Source: Klebsormidium nitens (lineage: Eukaryota; Plantae; Klebsormidiophyceae). From it: a stretch of DNA of 64,000 nt. Shown here one piece after another: positions 50,129 through 61,000 of the stretch; within the stretch, counting starts at the first letter, position 1, and each line of letters begins with the position of its first letter. The stretch spans positions 1 to 64,000 of the forward strand of contig DF237443.1 of the NCBI GenBank assembly GCA_000708835.1, written 5' to 3'. Below the pieces are notes generated by a model, which worked only from the letters and a program-made list of their open reading frames with translations, ran no database searches and was not told where the DNA came from. The position numbers and the translations under genes were made by a program.

Positions 50129-51991
50129 ATGAGTGGTGCGGGTGCAGAGGTGGTCCGCCTTTTTGAGAAGGCCAGCACCGCAGCAAATGCTGCTGGAGCT
50201 GGGGACAGCCTGGTTGCAAGCGAAGAGAGCAGGGCGGCAGATGCCCTGCAGCAGCTGCAGAAGGTGGGTGACAGCCCAGTGGATGCGAGACTCTAGCTGC
50301 ATATCCCTTAAAGGACACTTCAATGTTGACTGGTTGTCGTTAAGGAGTACTGTTCCTCGTGGCAAGCTTAATATTCTTTCTTGGAAGAGTGAATTGCTCT
50401 CTTTTCGTGGAAAAAAGCAAGGACATCATGTCGAATTCGTGCGCGGAGAGGGTGGGTGACGTTGTTCCTGACGGGATTCCTGAAGATCTTGGCTTCCGGA
50501 GTGTACTGTTATATCACACAGGTTATCATAAAGTGGTTGGCTTCAAACGACTTGCTAACAAAGCCTTGTTGGCCACAAAAGACTCGCTAACAAAGCTTCG
50601 TTGCCCCACATTCCTTTTTACTCTTCTTAAGGTGGAGTATTCCCAGTTTATGTGTGCGATGCGTGCTGTGGCCCTTTCCAGCTAGATCCCTCAATTGACT
50701 GCATCGATCAAAGAGAGCCCGGATCCAGTGATCGCTCATGAAGGTTCCAACATGTAGAAAGAATTGAGCACTGGCTGAACACACTTAATGATGTAGAGTC
50801 ACTTTGCTTGAGGGTGCTGTTCTTCAAGTTTAAACAGTATCTCGCAGCTCATTAAGTGGACCCCCTCATCAGGACTGGTTGCCCCTTTGTGCCAGGTGTC
50901 CATCAGCACTGCTGTCCTGGTGGAGACACAGGTGGCCAAGAAGGTGCGCCGCCTGATCAAGCACCCCAGCCGCAAGATCAGCGCCGCGGCGCAGGCCCTG
51001 TTAGACACCTGGAAAAAGGCAGTGGTCGCAGAGGGACCTGCCAAGTCAGCCGCCACTCCGCAGGTACCAAATGATGCTCCTGACAGGGCGCAGCCAAATA
51101 CAAACGAGGGCAATTCGGTTGGGAAGCCCATGGGGTCAGCCACCGACGCAGGAGCCCTCCCTGAGGGGGAGTTGGCGGAACCCCCCTCTCCTTCTGGAGC
51201 AGCCGCGGAGACGCCAATGAGTCGAGCCGTGTCACGGGAGGAGGTGGAGGCAGCACTGGCCGGCGTAGAGGTGATCGGGGTTGAGCTGCGGGACAAACTG
51301 CGCGGCAACATTGTGGAGGCGCTCATGATGGCGCAGGTGGATGCCAGGACGTGCGCGTGCAACGCAGTGGCGGTGGGCACGGCGGTGGAGGCGGAGCTCT
51401 ACAAGCAGTTTGTGAAAGACGCGCGCGACATGAGCCTCTACAAGGCCAAGTACCGCTCCATCCATTTCAACCTCAAGGACAAGAATAACCCGGATCTCCG
51501 GAATAGGTCAGTTACGCTGCAGGGCCCTCGGGGCACAACTCCAGTGGTTATCTGAGCTCTTTGGTCTGCCCACGTCTCTACGATGAGAAACGACCTGAAG
51601 AGCGTATTACTTTAATATCGTCCTCAAGTGATTGGCTCAAAGAATCTGACCTTCCTTTGCATGGGCGGTTGAATCCGGTTGATTGACATAACATTTGGTA
51701 TGTGTGCGCAGAGTTTTGACCGGCGGTGTGAGTCCAGCCCGTCTGATGACCATGACGGCAGAGGAGATGGCGAGCGACGAGAAGAAATACCAGATCAAGC
51801 TGATTCGAGACAAGGCCATGTTTGAGGCGGACCGGTCCATGAAGAACGTGGCCAGCACCGACCAATTCAAGTGCGGCAGGTGCAAGCAGCGCAAGTGTAC
51901 CTACTTCCAGATGCAGACGCGGAGTGCGGATGAACCCATGACAACGTTTGTAACATGTACAGTATGTCAAAAACGGTGGAAGTTCTGTTGA
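50129..51991 (+). CDS. TFIIS: Transcription elongation factor TFIIS; exons 50129-50263, 50896-51506, 51712-51991
   Basis: N-terminal domain (ETQVAKKVRRLIKHP...LLDTWK), domain II (YKAKYRSIHFNLKDKNNPDLR), Zn ribbon CGRCKQRKCTYFQMQTRSADEPMTTFVTCTVCQKRWKFC with the catalytic DEP. Confidence 0.97.
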
Positions 51992-52801
51992 GTAGGTATG
52001 GGGCAATGAGGACTTCTGCTCGTCTGGCAGCCGTAACGGGACATGACAATCATTCCTTGTTGAAGACAGAACACGATCCTGATTGTTGATCACCCATACG
52101 CAAAGCGTACAATACATTCATTGGTTCCTTCTGGCCCCTTTGGTCGGACATGACGCGTTTGAACCTTGCGTTGACTCCATATACAGCAGCGTAGTGAGTT
52201 GTAAGTTGTAACACCCACAGATCTCTAGAGATATTAGTTACCTTTGACAGGTCATATACATGCATGGTCGTGATCACATTGATCCAAGCTTGCTCTCTGT
52301 CATAGCATGCACGTTTAACTTAATGAATAACCGGATGGCCTTCTAAATGGTATAATCCATATCAACAAATGTATATTTATGATGTATTTCGGCAAACATT
52401 CTCGAACCAGCTCCTACGCAGTGATGCTGGTCGATCGTGCACACTGTATGTATTTAGAGCCTGCTCGAGCACCAAATCTATTTGGCAAGCACTTGCCAAG
52501 TAGGCCCGCTCATGAACCTAAGAGTCAAAGCAAGCCTGCAGCGCCCGGTGCATCCCTAAAAAAAATTGGCTAGAGAACCGACAGCTAGGATGAGTGAACT
52601 GTGGCTGCCACCAACGATGGGTAGTGGCCATGGCCATGAAGCCTGAAGAACCATGGAACACTGCGGACTGCCACAAGTACTTGAACAGAGGCTATTGCGT
52701 TTGGGCCATGACATGACACCAAGACGTTCGCATGTGTGTCAGCACCATGTCATCCCAGGTTTCAATTGTGCCCCTCTGCTCTCTCCGATCTGCACTCGCG
52801 T

Positions 52802-53887
52802 TTACGAATCTTCCATCGTTGATTGCAATCGTCGCTCTTTCACGAGTTCTAAAACCTCCTCTTTTGCCTCCTGTTTCGATTGCATCTTTTTTGGCACCCG
52901 GTAAAAGAATTCCCCTTCGGTCGAAACAGTAGTCTTTTTGTCTGGTGAAAACACACACAGGCATTCAATCTGTTTCCTTTCTTTCAACCACTTCAGTGCC
53001 TTTTTCATCTGGCTTCTGCTTTGTAGGCCAGCTTCCTGGACGCACAGAAAGAGCACCGCTGTCAAGATGGACTCGTTCACTGTTGCAGTCGGAGGGCCTC
53101 ATATCCGGTGGTAGTGCTTGCTTCTGAAGTACCCTCCCCTCCTCACCGCAATCAGAACTTTGAGTTTTCAACAGCCTCAAACCAAACCTCTGCACTCCAG
53201 CTCATTCTGTTGCAGATTTGTGAGCACATATACTGGGCAGCCAAATTGCATGAGAACCTGACCAGCTGATGCAATCAGACGGCACTCCAAGGTTGAGGAG
53301 CCACGCAAATCGGAAGGACGCAGGAGACTGTATGCCATCTCCTTCAAACTGAGATTGCTTAAAGTAGTGGAAGAGTGAGCCCTGCTGAAATCTGAAAGGG
53401 GCATACATGAACGTTGGATATCCAACCCCCCGCTTGCAGAAACTAGGGAATTGCAGGGACACAACGCCAGAATGCCCGTCCCTCCCGTTGCTTCTTTGAG
53501 AGAAAAAAAGTAAAGAAAAAGAATCAGTCCTACCCAGATATGTAGTTGAAGCCCACAAGCACACCATCAACAACAAGCTTAATTGAAGAAACATTCTTCT
53601 GACCAATGGGCGCTTACTTGTGCATACTTCCAGGTTTCCTTAGTTGTAAGCGGGCCATGCGCTTGCACGATTGACCTCAAAACGCTGGCAGGGCCTGTCT
53701 GCGCTCGTTCATATCTTGGAGGGGCGCCCTCCTCCGCAGCATTGCCCTCCGGCACCCTGCTTTGTGGACTGTTTGCTAGGAACCGTGTTGAAACGAATAA
53801 CGGCGGCCACAGGTGACTTTGCGATTGCTCCTGACTGCAGACCAAAAAGAACCTTCCGGGCAGAAGCAGGCGGACGTGTCGAAACAT
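52802..53887 (-). CDS. Small basic mitochondrial protein resembling plant mitoribosomal mL80; exons 53887-53618, 53035-52802
   Basis: Arg-rich presequence-like start MFRHVRLLLPGRFF; spliced HGPLTTKETWKYAQ|EAGLQSRSQMKKALKWLKERKQIECLC recalls the conserved block of Arabidopsis At1g73940/mL80 (from memory). Confidence 0.6.
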
Positions 53888-55066
53888 AACGGGCAGCCTG
53901 GCCTCTGGCCCTCAAGCCTTGTGCATACGCTCTTGGAATTGTGAAACTTTGATGAGGACTACCTCAGTCTGTGCGCTGCGCTTGAAAAGTTTGAAATCAG
54001 AAACCGAGGCCCATGGCCGGCCAATATTGGCATGGGGTGCCCACTGCCCACTGCCGCCTCTTCAACTTCAAGTTGCATTTCGAGCTTTCCCGCAGCCGGA
54101 GTCCACCAGTACTGGCACCACACGAAGGTGGATTCATGAGCAAGCTTGCTAGATACCGTAGCAGCATTGTCGCAGCATTGCCGCAGCCGGCATGCCAAGG
54201 CCCCGGCGGCCGCCTAGCGATCAGGCTGGCGATCGAAGCGGCCGCGGCCTGCGGGCGGCCTGCACAACGGCCTGCAAGTTGGATGCCACCGTTACCGCCT
54301 TTCCAAGCCTGCCGGACGGTGACGTCCAAGGCTGGTATTGCCGCGCCCGTTCAAAAAAAGGTACCTAGATAGGTATTACAGCTTTACTGAACCGCCAGGC
54401 GGTGTCCCTAAAACGCGGACCAGCAAACCGCGGAAAGCTGAAACCGCGGACCGTAACGATGCTCAACACTGAATTTACCGCTTCGGGGGGGTCGAATATA
54501 TTCCCTTTTCTTAGGATATTAGGATTATTTTGAAAGCGGTTTGGGTGTCCGCGGCCGCCACTGCGCAACAGCCGCGGCCCGCGCCGCGCCGATCGACTAG
54601 GGCGCTGGGCGGCGCGCAGGCCCGGCCGGGTGGCGCTTGAATGGCACCGTCTGACTCGGACTGATTGGCCCGGCAGTGCTAGGCGCGCGGCCGGCCGACC
54701 GGCGGCCAGGGCTGCATAGGTCTGCGAGCTGGTCGGATCAAGGCTGGTCAACCTCCTTTCCATATCTTCCACTTCCACCAATGTTCACATAAAGCTCAGA
54801 AATTGTTTCAGTGATGGCAACAGCATTGCAGAGCTAAGGCGACAGATTCTTGTATGCTGCGGCGCCGCTTCTGTGGGCTTCTGTGTTAACATCAGAAGGG
54901 GATCAGAAGCTTCTCTGCTTTTTGTGTAGTTAGATAGAGCTGTGAATGCTGACTGTATGCTGGGAGGATTTTGAACTCCAAAGTCTGCAGAAGATGCAAG
55001 GAGTATCATTTGCCAAAGCTGCTCACAGCCGCTCATATTTGACTTAGCATACCAGACCGCTGCGCA

Positions 55067-58000
55067 ATGGGGTCATCGGCAGCAAAGAATGTGTTCAAGC
55101 CGGTGGCAATAGATAAATCCTTTTTCGAGATGCAAGTGGGCACTGCAGAGCAGCAGAGGGACTGTTTGAACGCGGACTTGGAGAGCCCAATAGAGTATTT
55201 CTTGAGGTGCATTGACGAGCCATGGTCAACAATGGAAGGGTAAGCCAACAAAGTCCATCTGGCAGACCACTTCTGTTTGACGCGGTTGCGAACCTCGGGT
55301 TTTATCTTGCTTTCACGAGGGCTGTAGCCTGCATTGACTGGATCAAATGTGGGGATGTTTTGCATATGCTTGAGAAAAGGTTGATCAGATTGGGTGCCAT
55401 TTGAGAAGGTTTGTTCGTTGTAGCAAGCTGGCTTGGGCGCACGGCCCCCGCTTGTATTTTTCAAACGCCCACAGCATATTCAATCTCAAACAATCCTCGG
55501 ATCACCCATGCATTTTTGGCAATTTCTGGGACCTTAGCAGCCGCTTAGAATGCAAACACACTTGTAGCAGCGCCAAGCATGCAGAGCGTTGGGTTTGTTT
55601 GCGGTCTTAACATGTGCTAGCTCCTACTTGTCACGTGCGCTGCAAGCTAGTTTTGGCCATTACGTCCACGTCTATACAGGCTTTACGTCTTTGCTTCAAG
55701 CAGCTCAGCACATCTCATCTCCTCTCGTTGCAAAAACCTACGTAACTTTTATTTTAGGTGAAGTTATGGTTTCTCAATCTGCTTCGGTACGGGATCTGTG
55801 ATTTGAACTTGGTAATACATCTCTCACCATTCGTGTTTCAACCCCTCTAGGAATTTTAACGTGCGGCTGCAACGATTCAACACCTTCATGGGGGGCAGGT
55901 ATGGAGCCTCTAGCCTTCCACGCAGTGATGAGGACATCTTGAAGCTTAAGGTACGCACCGTCAAGCAATACAGGTATGCAGGAAGCCCGTCTAGATAAGC
56001 TGAATGTGGGGCACTGATGCGGGCTTTCTTCTTCGTAGACAGTACTGTTGTGGACTCTTTTTCCTTTCATGTTTGCTCGGGTGTTTGTTTCTTGCCCTTG
56101 TTTTAAGCACATGCAATTTACCATGACACTCGTGTTTGCCATTAAGTTGTCCTGTACTGTGCCTCCCGATGCCAAATGCACTCTGACGCAAGCTTCAATT
56201 TTTGCCCACTGATCTCAACTGACATATGATGTTGCTTTTGATATGCATGCTAGCTTTTTCATGAACCTAGTTAATAACAACAACTCCTGTGTGTTCTTCC
56301 TCCAGGAACAATACCCCGATCTCGTCACTCTTGCGCAACACGTCTCTGCATCTGATCTCAACTCCGCGGACTTCAAGAGCAGGCTCTGCGATCCCGCCCC
56401 CAATGAGCACTTCTTCATAGTGAAGGGGGCTCTCAGCAAGGCCCAGCAAGCGGGGGCTTTGAGAGCGTTAGTGCCAGAACTGCTTCCCATGACGTACAAG
56501 GAGAGAAAGTCGAAGGGTTATCGGGACCCAATGGAGCCAAGAAACGGAATCAAGTCCCGCTGCGAAGGAGTTCAAGGGGGGCAGTTTGTTTTGTACGATC
56601 TGCCAGAGGAAGCGACGGACTTAGGCGGGTTGGGGGCTCGGGAGCAGCACGACCGGCCAAAGTCGGGAGACACGTTTTTAGAAGTCTTTTCGGAGACCAC
56701 TGACGGAAAAAGAGTGGGGGCGATTGACATCGATGTGGCAGATCCGTTCGATGACCCCAAAACGTCGTTCTGCACGACTGTCGAGCGCATCAAGCGAGAG
56801 CTAGGTACGTGGCAAATTTTTAAGCCTGTTCATACATAGCTTGCACCTGTCTTCGTTGCTATCTCCCTCCGGTTGGCAGTTCAAGTTGACAAGTGCAGTT
56901 CGTTATCCTCAGACGCTTCAAGCCTCTGTTCTCTGACCGACCATTTTCGTGACAAGACGGGCTTACTGTCGGGGGTGCTCGATCTAAACAACGTCCTTCG
57001 GGTAGGGCATCATCAGTGGACCTGCAAGGGTGCAACTAGATTCAAAGCCTTTTCGTACCTTCAAGTGTTGGGCAGCCGTCCCCATCTTCTCCTTCAAGGA
57101 GGCTTTTCACCAGCTTTCCTTGGCCACAGTCTGATGCAAGACACTGTGGCAAGACGCACCTTCCGCTGGCCAACGTCGTCCATTTCACAGGTCTTCGCTC
57201 AGACTTGGAGACCCTTTTCAAATCATCCGACTCAAGGGCTCAAGTTCACGAAAGGCAGATGTGCTCTGTCTTTGCTCAAACAACTGCACTTCTGCTCTGC
57301 AGGGATTGATTGGCCCCTTTCAGATGACTACCTCTCGCATCCGGATATGCCGGCTGGTGTGTCGCCTCGCAAGCCTACCGCCTTTGCAAAGAAGAATCAC
57401 ATTACGTGGGGGCACTTCGAGATGAACGGGTGGCCGGCAGTCAACATCATGTGTGCGGCAAGTTCGGCGCCGCTCGGTCGACTTGCGCAGCTCGCCAGGC
57501 TCAACGCCGCCGCCGACAACGTCGAGGTGCCCTAAAATTCCTGGTCGTTGTTTGATGCGTATCCTTTTCGCCCCCAGCGTTGTTCTCGCACTGTGTTCAA
57601 GATGATTTGTTTGCTCGAAGCTCAAGCCGTTCTCGCCTCGGACACTGAAAGTCTCATCTTACCTCGAATCTACCCACATAAAGTTTTACGACGAAGTGCT
57701 AAAATGGATCAGGTCATCAGCACTTTTTGGCTTCGAGAATGCCTGTCTTCCCCAACTATAGGTAGTCAAACCCCGGCGAGTGTTTTCTCCACAAGTAGAC
57801 AAACCCCGGCGTGTGTTTTCTCAACAACCTCGTGGTTTTAGATCGTCTTCCCTTCGGCCAAAAACGGCGTCAACTTGGCCGAGTAGGTACGGAGTACGCA
57901 GCTGTCTCGTATGATCATACTTTTTTGACTTTCATGTTCATCCCTTTTGCAGCTGAGTCAAATCCTCGACATGGAGGACCGCCGGGTTGCGGAGCAGCAG

Positions 58001-61000
58001 TCGGGTGAAGACGCCTCTAACGGGGCTCAGCTTGCAAGCGGGTCCCGGAGAAGCCTGGCTCGTTGTGGGTCGGATTAGACATCAGCCCGGACAACATGCA
58101 ACGTGCTGAAGTACTATTCGCCCGCGCCTTCGGGGAGTACTTCGAAGAGTGCTCGTCTCCCCAACTTCTTGGGGAGACCGTTCCCCCAGTTGTACGGGCA
58201 GAGATGGACGCCTACTCCCCCATGCAGCGCTTTCTCTACCTCAAGGACGGCTATTGGGCCCTCTCTCCGCAACTTCTATTGGACCACGGGATCAAAATCC
58301 ATCTGATGTAAGCCTCCTTCTCGTTGCTGTTTTTCTCTCGCACCCTTCTCGTTCGAGCTCAATGATAGCGTTACCGTGATGATCAATAGGTGACCATCAA
58401 AGTTCGTCTTATAGCTTTACCAACCAAGGGTATAGGCACACATCTTTCGGCTACAGAAGCTCCAAAAAGTACTCCGCCATGACTCAAGAACGTGCAACAT
58501 TTGATTAGCCTTCAACTACTCTTGTCCAACTTGTCGGCGCTAGACGGTGATCCCAAAGTGATGGCATCACTGCTTCTGTGCTCAAGAATCCAGTGTTAGG
58601 TCGCGGAATTGCATTGAATTTGCCCTGGCCTACATGCCACCGGCTATCTATGCACTTTCCCGCTGTTACGCAGGTGGCAGGAGGCAGGGGACATCGCCCT
58701 GAACGGAGCGCACAAGAATCACTACGTGGTTTCGCCTGGAAAGACGCTGGCAGTGGCTTTCAACGTGGGACATGGAGAAGGTGTTGCGACCTGCACACCT
58801 CCCCACAACCCCGTCGAGCGGACAACCCGGTTCTTCGCCAAGAAAAGTCTGGGCCACTCCTGGACTGAGTACTCGTGGCTACAAGGCTGGAACCCGTGGA
58901 CGTTCCTAGAAGCGGTGAGGCGTCCTAAACACGTGTGCATTGATCCTCAGGAAAGTATGCAAGTAGTCTGCGGGGTTTCAGAAGAAGAATTGTTTCCTTT
59001 GAAAAGTCTGGATCGTCTGGTGGAATTTCAAGCGTTCATGTCAATCTCGAACATTTGTCCACAAGTGCCATCGCAAGGGGCAACTGAATCGATGTACGAT
59101 ACTTCGAAACAAATGCACATCGGCTGCTTTGCGCGTGGAACTCTGCTGGAAAAGAAACGCACACACAGCTTTTTTGCGGCAGGCAAAGAGAGCTAAGGTG
59201 TGCCTCACTAGTCCTCATGGTGTTGCCGCCCCGTCGACCTCAAAAGTCAAACCCTGAAAGCGGTCATGGGGACTTGACTGCGCAGGTGTTCAACAACAGC
59301 TTCACCGACAATCTGTCCAGCCCCGCAGTGGCGGCCACCTACCACCACGGGTTGCTGCAGTACGCACGGGGGGAGATCGGCCTAGCGGATCAGCCTTGGT
59401 AAACGCTTCTACTCGTTTTTCTGACTTCAGCCGAACCCAGGCCATGTGCAGAAAGGCGAGCAATACGATCAAAGCCTTAACAATTCGTTTGCTTTTGGGC
59501 GGGTCAAACGGATCAAGGGACTGTGCAGAATCTGATTCGCGGTCGGGTCGAACGGATCAAGGGACTGTGCAGAAATCGAGTGGCGGGCGGTCAAACGGAT
59601 CTAGGGACTGTGCAGAAATTGACTTGCGGGTGGGTCGAACGGAGTAAAGGCCAGCAGAAACTGACTCGCGTGAAGCATTAGCTGTGCTTTCCGTTTGTCC
59701 TCCTGGCTTGGTGAAGATTGATTTACGCATACTTGATGAGGACGTGGCATACCCTCGCCAAAACCAAACACGGACGGCGACAGTTTTCTGGAATCTACTA
59801 CTTCACTTCTATCTACTTGAAATGAATCTCTCTGAACACCCCTGCTATCGTACCTGAATACCCCGTTCATTCGCTAGGTTTATCGACATTCTAAAGCGCT
59901 TGGAAAAGCGTTCAGAAGTCGCTGCTTCCAAGGAGGTGACGGTTGTGGCTTCCGGATCCGTTGCTTCTCCAGGAACCGAGTTGCCTTCCACCAGGTAATC
60001 CATCACGGTCTATACAAGTTTGGGACAGAGTTTCTGAGTTTAACCATCTCTACATTTGGTGCCCTTGATCTCTAAGGATGTCTCAAGGATTGACGTTGCA
60101 CGACCCACGTTATATTGGTCAATCACGTGTGCGTCGCGGTACGCTATGCGGCAACTAGACACAAGTGCTTCGCACAGATTTGGTTGCTTTAATAGCAAGC
60201 GTCACAGGCTGTTACCAACCAGAAGCGCCTGGTTGAAATAGGGAGCTCTTAAAAAGGGCTTGCTAAAAGCCCCCCGGCCTGTCGCCTACTACTGCTTGAG
60301 TCACCTTGCCCTAACGCCCGCCTTTGGGGCATATCCCCGGAGCTTCGGAAAAAAGGCTTAAAACAGGCGCCGTTCACTAGCACTGGAGCCGTTTGCGCCC
60401 TGCCAAAACGGGCGCTGGCAGCGGGGGACAGCTCGGAGCATCGGATTAAGAGGCTCGACAAAGCCCCTGCACGATAGCTCATACGTCCGGTTGCCCGATC
60501 TTTTTGGTAAGGACACAAAGCTTTAACTTGCTTTCGTTTTTACTGCAGTGAAACGAACAACTGCGTGCGCGGCGCTTCGGAAGGAATGCTGCAGATGGAC
60601 AAGTCCGGGCCAGCCGTCGACGAACCTGCCGCCGCGCAGACCACCGCCAAGTAAGTCCGGATTCATTTACAAGCAGTCACAACTATATCAACGGGAAAGT
60701 CGACAGAGGCTGTGCACAAACTGATTGATAGCGCTCGCATCTTAGAGTTCATGCAGACAGGTTAAACCCGATCGCTTGGTATCACGGCCTGTTCGTCATC
60801 ATACGCGCTCCCTGAATCTGGTCGCCATGAGAAGCATCGTTTCATTTGTTGCTGGAGATTATTTAACGTCGCCGTCCAATAGAGAAGAGCCGCGGCCATG
60901 TACATGTATAACGACAAATTGCCTTTGCAGACCCCCCCCACAAGCATCCGGACCCGCGACAGCAACACGCCGCGGCAACATCATGCCGCTCGTGGACGAA

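Noticed and set aside
54013-54372. 119-aa plus-strand ORF
   Set aside because: No motif, lies in the GC-rich promoter region of the divergent gene pair; probably spurious.
57773-57830. ~31-bp tandem duplication (CAAACCCCGGCG.GTGTTTTCTC) in a JmjC intron, and similar short pairs at ~42164 and ~62113
   Set aside because: Two-copy local slippage events with no further structure.
59497-59650. CRISPR-like repeat-spacer appearance
   Set aside because: Only ~3 units, linkers are short and related to each other, no cas genes, eukaryotic intron.
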